NCBI GenBank assembly: GCA_964550305.1
Contig: CAZJYU010000012.1
Span: forward strand, 6,240 to 70,239
Direction: 5' to 3'
Length of the DNA stretch: 64,000 bases
DNA from: an uncultured Vicinamibacteraceae bacterium
GTDB taxonomy: Bacteria > Acidobacteriota > Vicinamibacteria > Vicinamibacterales > UBA8438
The notes below the pieces were generated by a model. The model searched no databases. It was not told the origin of the DNA and saw only the letters and a list, made by a program, of their open reading frames with translations. The translations under genes were made by a program, and so were the position numbers. The stretch's first letter is position 1. Each line of letters begins with the position of its first letter. Below, piece after piece: positions 16,691-26,154 of the stretch.

Positions 16691-17407
16691 CTAGGCGCCG
16701 GGTCTCGTAGCGACGAAGGCAAGCGTTTCGAAAAGGTTCTTTCTGACCCGGAAGAGCAGTTCCTCCGTCCCGGTCCACCGCGACAGCGCATCGACCCCGG
16801 GCAGATTGATCAGGAGTGCGCCGGCCGCGAGCGCGTCGCGCCGGAGACCGGTTGCCGCGCCGATGCTTCGGACGGTGGCGGCGATCTCGAATCCGCCGTC
16901 GTACAGCAGTTGCCTGACGCGCCGTTCGGTCGTCACGAAGTTGTGCGTGTAGTCGACGTCCCAGAAGAACGCGCGCTCCTTGAGGTAGTCGGGAACAACG
17001 ACGAACAGCACGCCGCCCGGCCGCAGCGCGCGGAGCCCCTCAGCCACAAAGGCCCGCGCCGCGTCGATCCCCGCCATGTGCTCCAGCACCTGGTCCGCGT
17101 AGACGACGTCGCAGCTCGCATCCTGCGCCGGGATCGGCGGCGCCCAGGCCTCGGTTACGGCAAGGCCGCGCGCACGCAGGTCGGCGGCCAGCGCGGGGCT
17201 CGCCTCGACTGCGTGGTAGCGCCATCCTGCCTCGACCGCCCGGGCAGCGAGCGAGCCGTCGCCCGGGCCGATCTCGACGAGATCGCCCGGTGGCGCAGCG
17301 AAGCGGTGCAGCAGCGCGAGGCGCGACTGCTCGACCCGCCGTCGCCGGGATGCGCCGAATGCCGTCAGCCGGCGCTCGCGAAAGGAGCGGTAGAACGTGC
17401 CGTTCAT
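16691..17407 (-). CDS. class I SAM-dependent methyltransferase
   Basis: 'LVEIGPGDGSL', 'VVYADQVLEHM' and 'LRPGGVLFVVVPD'. There is an ATGA start/stop overlap with the upstream gene. Confidence 0.85.
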   Translation of the reverse strand: MNGTFYRSFRERRLTAFGASRRRRVEQSRLALLHRFAAPPGDLVEIGPGDGSLAARAVEAGWRYHAVEASPALAADLRARGLAVTEAWAPPIPAQDASCDVVYADQVLEHMAGIDAARAFVAEGLRALRPGGVLFVVVPDYLKERAFFWDVDYTHNFVTTERRVRQLLYDGGFEIAATVRSIGAATGLRRDALAAGALLINLPGVDALSRWTGTEELLFRVRKNLFETLAFVATRPGA

Positions 17408-18357
17408 TGCGGTTGCGCTCCCGCCATTCGGTGCCGGATCAGGAGCAGGGCGCCCGGGGTCGCGCTCAGCATCGCCGCGAGCACCAGGATCGTCGACAGC
17501 GCGAACGACTGTTCGTCCGGCACGCCGACGGGGCGAAGCATGGCGATGATGACGCCCTGGGATACCCCCAGGCCGCCAACAGAGAGCGGCAGCAGAATGA
17601 TGAGGATGCAGACCGGCATGAACGCCAGGTAGTAGCTGAACGCGACGTCGATGCCGAGGCCGCGGGCGAAGACGTACGCCTGCAGCACGCGTGTCACCTG
17701 CACCGCGAACGAGAGCGTCAGCAGCCCGGCCACGAGACCGGCGTGCCGGCGGTACTGACCCAGTGCGCGAGTGAAGCGGACAAGCCGATCCAGCAGGGCG
17801 TTCCTCGCGAAGTGCGCCGGCGTGGCGAGAGCGAGCAGGCGGTCGGCCCAGAGCAGGCCGGCCGCGCCCACGACGACTCCCACCGCGGCCGCCGCGCTCA
17901 CCTGCCGCAGCTCCGGGGCGGCCTGATTGCTCCAGAAAACGAGACCCGCCGCAGCGAGCAGCGCGAGCGAGCAGACGCCGAGGTAGCGATCGACGACGAC
18001 CAGGCCCACCGCCTCGGCCCCGCGCGCCGTCCGCTGCGCCAGGACGTAGGCACGCGCCGCGTCACCGCCTATCCCACTCGGCAGCAGGTAGCCCACCCAT
18101 GCCCCCACGAGGAACACCCAGACCGCCGAGCGGACCGACACCGCACGCTCGGAGCGGCGGACCAGCATCACCCAGCGCGCGATCATGAGCACGCGGTCCA
18201 GCGCTACCAGCAACAGCCCGCCCGCGAGATGCGCCGGTGTGATTGCCACCATGTCGCGCATCGCGGCGCCTAGGTCGATCTGGGCGACCAGCCAGTAGAG
18301 GAGGGCGGCGCTGACAAGCGTGCGAAACCAGATGGAGTGGAGTACACGCATCGGCAC
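17404..18357 (-). CDS. lysylphosphatidylglycerol-synthase-TM-like (UPF0104) flippase-domain membrane protein
   Basis: 317-aa polytopic ORF with 'ARWVMLVRR' and 'LPSGIGGDAARAYVL', which are typical of the MprF-TM/UPF0104 family. GTG start. Confidence 0.7.
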   Translation of the reverse strand: MPMRVLHSIWFRTLVSAALLYWLVAQIDLGAAMRDMVAITPAHLAGGLLLVALDRVLMIARWVMLVRRSERAVSVRSAVWVFLVGAWVGYLLPSGIGGDAARAYVLAQRTARGAEAVGLVVVDRYLGVCSLALLAAAGLVFWSNQAAPELRQVSAAAAVGVVVGAAGLLWADRLLALATPAHFARNALLDRLVRFTRALGQYRRHAGLVAGLLTLSFAVQVTRVLQAYVFARGLGIDVAFSYYLAFMPVCILIILLPLSVGGLGVSQGVIIAMLRPVGVPDEQSFALSTILVLAAMLSATPGALLLIRHRMAGAQPQ

Positions 18358-18483
18358 GCTACCTGTCGGCCTTCCAGTGCCCTGCCGCCTTTGCCCAGGG
18401 CCGGAAACGGAAGGGAGAATCGATCACGCGCGTGCGGACGACTTGTTGACGCCGAAAACGGCGCATGGTACACCGATTCCGCC

Positions 18484-19239
18484 GTGCGTGCCCATCGATT
18501 CCGGCTCGGGACTCGCCTCGCCCTCATGCTGCTCGCGGTGACACTGGTCGCGGCGAGCCGCGCCGAAGCCCAGTGGAACGGTTTCATCCACGTCAACGGC
18601 GGTGAACAGAGGGCGGATCGGGTCGTAACCCATGCCCTCCAGGTGGGGACCTACGATGAGACGGCGACGTACGAGGCCACGATGACCTCGCCGGGCGGGC
18701 GGGTTCTTGACGCCTGGGTCGCCGCGCGCGTCGTGGGGAATCTGGGCGTCGGAGTCGGCGCCACGGTCCTCGAGGCGCGGGGGATGCTCGCTCTGGACGG
18801 TTCGGTACCCTCGCCGTTGATCAGAGGGCGCCACCGCCAGGTGTCCCACGAGCGGACGGGGCTGCACCATCAGCAGCTCGGCCTGCACATTCCTTTGGTC
18901 TACGTGGCGCCGGTCTCGGAGCGGATCGACGTGGCCTTTCTTGCGGGCCCGTCCTGGTTCCGGCTGCGGCACGAGGTACTGGCCGCCGTTACGCTCAGCG
19001 ACGAAATCGCCCCCTTCAGGACGGTTTCCCTCGCGGGCTTGACGACCACCGTTAGCGACGGGACCGGCGTCGGCTACCACGCCGGGATCGACCTGACCGT
19101 TCTGCTCGCCCGGTGGTTCGGCGTCGGGTTCCTCGTTCGTTACACCGGCGGGACGGTCGAGCTCCAGATGCCGGACGGCAGGCAGGCGATTGACGTGGGC
19201 GGCGTGCAGGCTGCCGCAGGGCTCCGGTTTCGGTTCTAG
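18484..19239 (+). CDS. outer-membrane beta-barrel protein (paralog of 5435..6223)
   Basis: Signal peptide 'RLALMLLAVTLVAASRAEAQ' and a C-terminal 'AAAGLRFRF'. I chose the GTG at 18484 inside listed ORF 18337..19239, but the start is uncertain. Confidence 0.55.
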   Translation: MRAHRFRLGTRLALMLLAVTLVAASRAEAQWNGFIHVNGGEQRADRVVTHALQVGTYDETATYEATMTSPGGRVLDAWVAARVVGNLGVGVGATVLEARGMLALDGSVPSPLIRGRHRQVSHERTGLHHQQLGLHIPLVYVAPVSERIDVAFLAGPSWFRLRHEVLAAVTLSDEIAPFRTVSLAGLTTTVSDGTGVGYHAGIDLTVLLARWFGVGFLVRYTGGTVELQMPDGRQAIDVGGVQAAAGLRFRF

Positions 19240-19305
19240 CGGCCGTGCTATATTGCGTGCGCGGGGCTACTTCGGCTCGCGAATAGTCCTCATTCACACG
19301 CCTGT

Positions 19306-20271
19306 ATGGGCCTCGACGCAAAAGCCACGCAGTTCCTGCTGGCGGCGCGTGGTTGCGGAGCGTCCCTTGAACGCGTTGCCACTATCGGTCGGCAGCGCCT
19401 GTACGTAACGCCAGCCTGGTTACGTTACCGCCTGCGCGCCGTCGGGATTGACCTCGATCCGGCATCTACCGCCGGGTTGTTCGAGGAAGCTGACGGATTT
19501 GCCGAGCCACTCCTGCGAGTACTCGGGGCGAAGCACATTGTCTCCCTCGACGCGTCCACCTATGAAGGCGCGTCACGCGTTGCGGATCTGAACACGAAGC
19601 TCGCTCCCGATCTGGAAAACGCGTTCACCACGGTGCTCGACTCCGGGTCGCTGGAGCATGTGTTCGACGTTCGGACCGCGATCGCCAACTGCATGCGGAT
19701 GGTCGCACGGAATGGCCACTTGCTGGTCGTTACTCCGGCGAACAACATGGCCGGCCACGGCTTCTATCAGTTCAGTCCGGAACTGTTCTACCGTGTCCTG
19801 TCGGAGTCGAACGGCTTCGTCATCGAACGGATGCTGGTCACCGAATTGTCGTCTTCGCGGTGGTACGAGGTGGCCGATCCCGCTGTTCTCGGAGCGCGCG
19901 TACAGTTCCGGACCTTCCGCCCGACTTACCTGTGTGTCACGGCCCGCCGCGTGGCACTGCGCCCCGTGCTCGTCAGCTCGCCTCAGCAGAGCGACTACGC
20001 GGCTCAGTGGCGGAACACCGGGAGGACGGCCTCTGGTGCGGCGCCAGCGCACCTGCACCCGCTGGAGCGGCGTCTGCCGCATTGGTTGACGACGGCCGCG
20101 AAGAGCTGCTGGCACCTGGGACAGGCGGTCCTCTTCCCGTTCGATCCCAAGGCGTTCAAGCGCATTGATATCAGTCGACTGGCAGCCGGCGGCGGAGCGA
20201 CGCCTACTTCCGGCAGAACGCCATCAGGTGCCAGCCGAGCGGCCGGACCAGGCGGCGCGGCAAGGCGTTGA
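19306..20271 (+). CDS. methyltransferase-fold protein (motif I degenerate)
   Basis: 'VLDSGSLEHVFDVRTAI..MVARNGHLLVVTP' resembles post-I/II/III motifs of class I methyltransferases. The Gly-rich loop is replaced by 'ATIGRQ'. The 3' end overlaps the convergent gene by 68 nt. Confidence 0.55.
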   Translation: MGLDAKATQFLLAARGCGASLERVATIGRQRLYVTPAWLRYRLRAVGIDLDPASTAGLFEEADGFAEPLLRVLGAKHIVSLDASTYEGASRVADLNTKLAPDLENAFTTVLDSGSLEHVFDVRTAIANCMRMVARNGHLLVVTPANNMAGHGFYQFSPELFYRVLSESNGFVIERMLVTELSSSRWYEVADPAVLGARVQFRTFRPTYLCVTARRVALRPVLVSSPQQSDYAAQWRNTGRTASGAAPAHLHPLERRLPHWLTTAAKSCWHLGQAVLFPFDPKAFKRIDISRLAAGGGATPTSGRTPSGASRAAGPGGAARR

Positions 20272-20992
20272 ACGTCCCGACGAACAGCCGGTTGTAGACC
20301 GTCGCCTTCCACCCCTTGTGGAGGCGCGAGGGGACCGGGAAACGTTCCGGGACGATTCGCACGTCGGCGAACGGATCGAGCAGGCGGCGGAATTCGCCGC
20401 TCGTGAACGTCCGGAGCACCGGCGCGTCGGCATGCTCCAGCGCCGTACGGGTCAGGGCCGACATCGCGCTGAGCCACGACCGGCGGTTGTAGACCATCAC
20501 GATCGCCTCGCCGCCCGGCTGCAGGACGCGGTGGGCCTCTCCGACGAGGCGGGCCGGATCCGCCGTGTACTGGACGACGCCATGCGCGTAGACGACGTCG
20601 AATGACGCGCTCTCGAACGGGAGCGCCTCGCCGTCGGCCACCTCCAGCGCGTCGGCCGCGACGCCGTGCGCCTCGGCATTGCGCCGCGCCAGGTCGATCG
20701 CCTGCGGCGCCAGGTCGACGCCGGTTATCCGCGCGCCGCCCCGGGCGAAGCGGACCAGGTCGGTGCCGATGCCGCAACCGATCTCCAGGACGCGCCGGCC
20801 GCGGTAGCCGTCGAAGTCGACCAGGCGGGGGAGGTACCGCAACTTGTCGAAGCGGTAATCGTCCAGATCGTCGAAGAACGCGAGCGTCCCGGGCGCCGCG
20901 TCGCTCATGTCCTGATCGTGTATCCGGGTGTTCCAGTACGTGCGGATCCGATCGACGAGGGCGGGGCCGGAGGGGTCGGGAGGCGCGGTCAC
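20204..20992 (-). CDS. class I SAM-dependent methyltransferase
   Basis: 'VLEIGCGIGTDL', 'FDVVYAHGVVQY' and 'LQPGGEAIVMV'. I chose the GTG at 20992, because the longer listed ORF to 21130 would overlap the divergent gene. Confidence 0.8.
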   Translation of the reverse strand: MTAPPDPSGPALVDRIRTYWNTRIHDQDMSDAAPGTLAFFDDLDDYRFDKLRYLPRLVDFDGYRGRRVLEIGCGIGTDLVRFARGGARITGVDLAPQAIDLARRNAEAHGVAADALEVADGEALPFESASFDVVYAHGVVQYTADPARLVGEAHRVLQPGGEAIVMVYNRRSWLSAMSALTRTALEHADAPVLRTFTSGEFRRLLDPFADVRIVPERFPVPSRLHKGWKATVYNRLFVGTFNALPRRLVRPLGWHLMAFCRK

Positions 20993-21000
20993 GCGGGGGG

Positions 21001-21006
21001 TAGTAT
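21001..21006 (+). promoter_or_regulatory. -10-like TAGTAT, 6 nt upstream of the GTG at 21013
   Basis: TAGTAT-ACGGGC-GTG. The whole divergent intergenic region is only 20 nt. Confidence 0.3.
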
Positions 21007-21007
21007 A
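21002..21007 (-). promoter_or_regulatory. -10-like TATACT, 9 nt upstream of the GTG at 20992
   Basis: The minus strand reads TATACT-ACCCCCCGC-GTG. It overlaps the plus-strand TAGTAT box. Confidence 0.3.
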
Positions 21008-21012
21008 CGGGC

Positions 21013-22653
21013 GTGCAACGGGACCTGGCCGCGCTGACGGGGCGCGAGTTCGATGTGCTCGTCGTCGGCGGCGGGGTCTATGGCGCGTTCGCCTTCTGGG
21101 ACGCGACGCTGCGCGGGTTGTCGGCCGCATTGATTGACCGGGCCGACTTCGGCTCTGGGACGTCGTTCAACAGCGCCAAGACGATCCACAGCGGCGTCCG
21201 GGCCTTGCAGACCGGCAACGTCGTCCTCCTGCGCCGGTTCGCGCGCGAGCGGCGCGCGCTGATGCGGATTGCGCCGCACTTCGTCCGGCCGCTCCCCTTC
21301 GTCCTGCCGGCCGGCGGGGGGATCACGCGTCACCGCCTGCTGCTCCGCGCCTACTTCGCGATCAGCGATCGCCTGACGCGAGGCGTCCGCGATGACGGCG
21401 CCGCGGCGAGCCCGGCGGTCCGTCTGCCACCGAGCCGCCTTCTGTCGCGCGGCGAGTGTCTCCGCCTCAATCCGCTGATCGATCCGGACGGCGTTACCGG
21501 CGGCATCGAGTGGTTCGACGGCCAAATGCGCAACTGCGATCGGGTGCATTTTTCGGCCGTCGCGTCGGCGGCGGAGCGAGGCGCCGTGGCGGCGAACTAC
21601 GTCGAAGCGAATGGCGCCCTGAAGCGCGGGCCGGACATCGCCGGCGTTAGGGCCGTCGATCGGTTGAGCGGTGATGCCCTGGAGATCCGCGCCCGCGTCG
21701 TGTTGAACGCCGCCGGACCGTGGGCCCCGGAGCTGAACGGCCGGCTGATCGCGGAGGCGGCGGACGCGCTCTGTCCGCGGCTGTCGAAAGCCATGAACCT
21801 GGTGATCCCCTCGCCGCTGCCCGGTTCGCATGCGGTGGCCGGATCGGCGGCGGGCCGGCTCTTCTTCGTTGCGCCGTGGCGGAACGTGGCGATCGCCGGG
21901 ACGAGTCACGATCGCCACGACGGCGGGGCGTGCGCACTGGGGCTGGATCAAACCGAGATCGAACGCTTCATCGGCGACCTGCGCGTGGCATTCCCGGGTC
22001 TCCGGCTCGCGTCGGAGGATATTCGCCTGGTCCATCGCGGCCTTCTACCGGCGGTGGCGGACGGCGACGGCCTGGAGCTGGCGACGGCGAGCGCCGTGGT
22101 CGATCACCGGCGCGACGCCATCCATGGGCTGGTCAGCCTGCTCGGAGTCCGCTACACCACGGCCCGGGAGACGGCGGAGCGGGCGGTCGACGCCGTCGTC
22201 GATCAGGTGGGGCGGGTCGTCGATTCGTGCCGGACCGCGACGACGCCGCTTGCCGGCGGCGACATACCGGATGTCGACGCGTTCGTGCGCGCCGCCGCCG
22301 CGGAGAACGGCAGCCGCCTGCCGGCCGAACTGCGCCGCCGCCTGGCCCATACGTACGGGACGCGGTACGGCAACCTGGCGGCGGAGTTGTCGGCAAGACC
22401 GGACGCCCGCGCGCCGCTCAGCCCCACGTGCGGCGTAACGGTCGGCGAGGTGCGTCACGCGGCGCGCGAGGAGATGGCGGTCCGGCTGTCGGACGCGTTG
22501 CTGCGGCGGACCGAAGCGGGATCGGCGGGCGACCCCGGTGACGAGGCGGTTTCCGCCGCGGCGAGGATAATGGCGGACGAACTGGGATGGACGCCGGCGC
22601 GGGTGGAACGCGAAGTGGCCGACCTGCGAGCGGTCTATCAGCTTCCCGGCTGA
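21013..22653 (+). CDS. FAD-dependent glycerol-3-phosphate dehydrogenase/oxidase-like protein (GlpD family)
   Basis: 'FDVLVVGGGVYGAFAFWDATLRGLSAALIDRADFGSGTSFNSAKTIHSGVRAL' closely parallels the GlpD N-terminus. The C-terminal 'EEMAVRLSDALLRRT' is also GlpD-like. Confidence 0.8.
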   Translation: MQRDLAALTGREFDVLVVGGGVYGAFAFWDATLRGLSAALIDRADFGSGTSFNSAKTIHSGVRALQTGNVVLLRRFARERRALMRIAPHFVRPLPFVLPAGGGITRHRLLLRAYFAISDRLTRGVRDDGAAASPAVRLPPSRLLSRGECLRLNPLIDPDGVTGGIEWFDGQMRNCDRVHFSAVASAAERGAVAANYVEANGALKRGPDIAGVRAVDRLSGDALEIRARVVLNAAGPWAPELNGRLIAEAADALCPRLSKAMNLVIPSPLPGSHAVAGSAAGRLFFVAPWRNVAIAGTSHDRHDGGACALGLDQTEIERFIGDLRVAFPGLRLASEDIRLVHRGLLPAVADGDGLELATASAVVDHRRDAIHGLVSLLGVRYTTARETAERAVDAVVDQVGRVVDSCRTATTPLAGGDIPDVDAFVRAAAAENGSRLPAELRRRLAHTYGTRYGNLAAELSARPDARAPLSPTCGVTVGEVRHAAREEMAVRLSDALLRRTEAGSAGDPGDEAVSAAARIMADELGWTPARVEREVADLRAVYQLPG

Positions 22654-24551
22654 GGCGGATCGAGCGCCGCCTGCGCCCACCGTTCGAGCACCATCAGGCT
22701 GAAGAGCAGGTGGGCGTGGTTCTCGCGCCCTGCCAGGTGCGCCGTCATGCGCCTGGCGACCACGCCGGGATCCACCCAGCCGCGCCGCGCGAGCCGCTCC
22801 GGCGACAGCAGGTCGCGCATCAGCGGCGCCAGCTCCCGTTTCAGCCAGTTCTTCATCGGAATGCTGAATCCCTCCTTCGATCGGCGGAGGATGGCGGCCG
22901 GCAGACAGTCGGCGAACGCCCGCTTCAGGATGAACTTCCGCGCCGCGCCGCGCATCTTCAGACGCCCGGGCATCGAGAATGCCAGTTCCATGACATCGAC
23001 ATCGAGAAACGGCGCGCGGGTCTCGAGCGATGTCGCCATGCTCATCCGGTCTACCTTCACCAGGATGTCGTCGGCCAGGTAGCGGCGCAGGTCCGCGTAG
23101 AGCTGCCGGTTCAGCAGGTCGTTTCCCTCCCATGCGCCGAGCGCGTCGCGTACCGGGCGGAAGGCGTCGGCCCCCCCGAGCGCGTCGCGCAGCCCCGGCG
23201 TATACAGTTCGCGCTTCGCGTCGGGCGAGACATAGGTCATCCATCGGTAGTGCGCGATGTCGGCCGGCGCATGCGCAACCCCGTCGAGGAACCGCTTGAG
23301 CTTGTTGACCAGGCCCTTCTTTCGTTCGGTGGGGGGCATGTGGGCGGCGACCGCCGCAAGCGCGCGGGTCGCCCCGCGGGGTGCGAACGCGGCGAGGCGG
23401 CGCGCCAGGCGATCCGCGGCGTAGGTGTCGTATCCCGCAAACAGCTCGTCGCCGCCATCGCCCGAGAGCGCCACCGTCACGTGCTCCCGCGCGATCGTCG
23501 AGACCAGGTAGGTGGGGAAGAGCGAAACGTCGGCGAACGGTTCGTCGAGGTGAACGATCAACTGGTCGAATAGCGCGGCGATGTCCGGCTCGACCATCCC
23601 TTCACGGTGATGCGTGCCGAAGCGCTCGGCGACGGCGCGGGCATGCGGCAGCTCGTTGTAGCTGCCGTCGGCAAAGCCCATGCTGAACGTGTTGACTCGA
23701 GTGTTGGTGCGCTGCGCCGCACCGCACATACACGCGACCACGACGCTCGAGTCGATGCCGCCCGAGAGGAACGCGCCGAGCGGAACATCCGACATCATCT
23801 GGCGCGCGACGGCGCGCTGCAGGGTCTCGCGCAGCGCGCCGGCCGCGTCCTCCTCGCTCCATTCGCGCGGGGCGATCGCGGCGGCATCCCAGTATGGCGT
23901 GATAGCGAGGTTTCCCGACTGCCAGGTGAGCGTATGCGCGGCGGGCAGGCGGCGGATCGCGGCGAAGATCGTCCGCGGCGACATGACGTACTCGTAGGTC
24001 AGGAACTGATCGAGCGCCTCGACGTCCACCTCGCGCGAGACGTCGCTGCACACCAGCAGCGCCTTGATCTCGGACGCCAGCACCAGGCCGTCGGCCGTCT
24101 CGGCGTAGTACAGCGGCTTCTCGCCGGCGCGGTCTCGGGCCGCCCAGAGCGTCTCCGTCCGGGCGTCCCAGAGGGCGACGGCGAACATGCCGTGAATTCG
24201 TTCGACGCACGCCGCGCCCCACGTCTCGTAGGCGTGCAGCACCACCTCGATGTCGCTGCTGCTGCGGAAGCGGTGCCCCGCGGCGGTCAGTTCGGCGCGG
24301 AGATCGGCGTGGTTGTAGATCTCCCCGTTGCCGACCAGGTGGATATCGCCGGCCTCGTTCGCGAACGGCTGCTGGCCGCCCGCGACGTCGATGATCGAGA
24401 GCCGCCGCATGCCGAGCGCGGCCCCGCGGAGCGCAACCTGGCCATGGTCGTCCGGCCCGCGGTGGCGCAGTGTCGCGACCATCGCAGCCAGCCGTTCGGG
24501 CGACGTGGGCCGCTCGGGGTCGCGCGTGACGATGCCGGCGATGCCGCACAT
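22638..24551 (-). CDS. asnB: asparagine synthase (glutamine-hydrolysing)
   Basis: N-terminal 'MCGIAGI' Ntn-amidotransferase nucleophile and an 'FLSGGIDSS' PP-loop. 637 aa. Confidence 0.92.
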   Translation of the reverse strand: MCGIAGIVTRDPERPTSPERLAAMVATLRHRGPDDHGQVALRGAALGMRRLSIIDVAGGQQPFANEAGDIHLVGNGEIYNHADLRAELTAAGHRFRSSSDIEVVLHAYETWGAACVERIHGMFAVALWDARTETLWAARDRAGEKPLYYAETADGLVLASEIKALLVCSDVSREVDVEALDQFLTYEYVMSPRTIFAAIRRLPAAHTLTWQSGNLAITPYWDAAAIAPREWSEEDAAGALRETLQRAVARQMMSDVPLGAFLSGGIDSSVVVACMCGAAQRTNTRVNTFSMGFADGSYNELPHARAVAERFGTHHREGMVEPDIAALFDQLIVHLDEPFADVSLFPTYLVSTIAREHVTVALSGDGGDELFAGYDTYAADRLARRLAAFAPRGATRALAAVAAHMPPTERKKGLVNKLKRFLDGVAHAPADIAHYRWMTYVSPDAKRELYTPGLRDALGGADAFRPVRDALGAWEGNDLLNRQLYADLRRYLADDILVKVDRMSMATSLETRAPFLDVDVMELAFSMPGRLKMRGAARKFILKRAFADCLPAAILRRSKEGFSIPMKNWLKRELAPLMRDLLSPERLARRGWVDPGVVARRMTAHLAGRENHAHLLFSLMVLERWAQAALDPPQPGS

Positions 24552-24611
24552 GGTGGAGGGCCGGGAGTCGGGTCAAGAGGCTACAATGAATGGTGATTCT
24601 CCCGCCAACAA

Positions 24612-26144
24612 ATGCGGATCGCTGGGCTGACGGATCACGGTTGGACGCCGATTGGCCGGGTTTTCGCTCCGGCCGCGCTGGCCTGCGCCATGCTCCTGCC
24701 AGCCGGATGCGCGGGTCCGCGGGAGGAGTCGGCGGCGGTGGCGGCGCAGATCCCGGCTGGGGAGCCGGTGGCGATGTCCACGCCGGCCGAACCGGCAGCC
24801 GCGCCGGAGACGGGGAGGGCACAGGAGGGACCCGACACCGTCCACCTGCGCGTTGCCTGGACCCGTGACGTCGGCGATGGCACCGACTTCGTCAGTCTTG
24901 GGGATCGGCTGCGGCTGATGGCCTACGACTCGCGTGACGGTGTCGGCGAACGGTCGCTGCTTCCCGACACCGCGAGTTACGCCAAGCCGCTCATCGCGCC
25001 GTCGGGCGACTCCGTCGTCTTCACGATCCGGCGGCAGGGCGCGGTCTACGCGATCAACTGGAACAGCTCGGGACTCCGGCGCATCGCGGACGGCTTCGGG
25101 CTGGACGTCTGGGCCGATCCGGCCGACGGGGTCGAATGGGTCTATGTGGGCGTCGACGAGCGGCCGACGGATCCGCCCTCGTATGCCGCCGTCCGCCGTT
25201 ACCGTCTCGACGATCCGTCGGTCGGCGAGACGGTCTGGGATGCGCAACCGATCTCGGGCGACAGCTTCCAGTTGTCGGCCGACGGCAGAACGGCAGCGGC
25301 GTTGCTGCCTTGGCCGACGGCCGGCGTCATCGACTTCGCCGCGGGTACGTGGCGCAAGCTGGGCGAGGGCTGCTGGACCGCCTTCTCTCCCGGCCGGACG
25401 CCGCTCTGCTGGTTCTTCGACGGCGCCCACCGCAACGTGACGGTCGTTGATCTCGACGGCGAAGATCGCTGGACGATGCCGGTGAACGACGATCCGGTCT
25501 TCAACGGCTTCGAGGTGTACCATCCGCGCTGGACCAACGATCCGCGCGCGATCGTCCTGACCGGGCCATACTCCCGCGGCCAGCGCGCCAACAAGATCCG
25601 GGCGGGCGGTGGACAGGTGGAAATCCATATCGGCATCCTCAATGACGCCCTGACGGCGGTGGAGTCGTGGCGGCAGGTGACGCACAATGAGGCGGCCGAC
25701 TTCTATCCCGACGCCTGGATCGCGCCGGGTGCGCTGCCGCCGCCGCGCCGGGGCGACGCAGTTCCGGCGGACACCGGCCCGGGCGCCGCGCCGCACGAGG
25801 CCGCCGGAACGGTGGTGGCCGACGTCCGGGTGCGCGACGATGTCCCGCTTCCGACGCCCGAGGCGATTGCGCCCTACCCGGAGGGACTGCTGGCCCTGGA
25901 GTACGATGTCGTGTCGCTGATCGAGGGCGATCTCGCCACGCCGGTCATCGCCGTGGCGCACTGGGTAATCCGCGACTCCGAGACGCTGGCGGACGCGGCG
26001 CGGCCGGCAGGGACGGTGTACCGCCTGACGCTCGCGCCGTACGACACGCGTCCCGAGCTGGAAGGGAAGCGGCTGGTGTTCGAGACGCGGGACTTCAACC
26101 TGCCTCTCTTTTATGACCTGGATTCAGCCTCCCTCGCGCCGTGA
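24612..26144 (+). CDS. lipoprotein, probable beta-propeller (TolB-like) with a C-terminal module shared with the 29586 protein
   Basis: Lipobox 'LLPAGCAG' and repetitive beta-rich sequence. No catalytic motif recognised. Confidence 0.45.
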   Translation: MRIAGLTDHGWTPIGRVFAPAALACAMLLPAGCAGPREESAAVAAQIPAGEPVAMSTPAEPAAAPETGRAQEGPDTVHLRVAWTRDVGDGTDFVSLGDRLRLMAYDSRDGVGERSLLPDTASYAKPLIAPSGDSVVFTIRRQGAVYAINWNSSGLRRIADGFGLDVWADPADGVEWVYVGVDERPTDPPSYAAVRRYRLDDPSVGETVWDAQPISGDSFQLSADGRTAAALLPWPTAGVIDFAAGTWRKLGEGCWTAFSPGRTPLCWFFDGAHRNVTVVDLDGEDRWTMPVNDDPVFNGFEVYHPRWTNDPRAIVLTGPYSRGQRANKIRAGGGQVEIHIGILNDALTAVESWRQVTHNEAADFYPDAWIAPGALPPPRRGDAVPADTGPGAAPHEAAGTVVADVRVRDDVPLPTPEAIAPYPEGLLALEYDVVSLIEGDLATPVIAVAHWVIRDSETLADAARPAGTVYRLTLAPYDTRPELEGKRLVFETRDFNLPLFYDLDSASLAP

Positions 26145-26154
26145 AGGGGTCTTG

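Noticed and set aside
20204-20271. Convergent 3' gene overlaps as antisense regulatory devices. They are 68 nt here, 41 nt at 27218-27258, 20 nt at 51777-51796, 16 nt at 22638-22653 and 14 nt at 56018-56031.
   Set aside because: These are most simply explained by delayed stop codons in a high-GC genome, and there is no independent evidence for function. Some C-terminal tails (for example the Gly/Ala/Arg-rich end of the 19306 protein) look non-functional.
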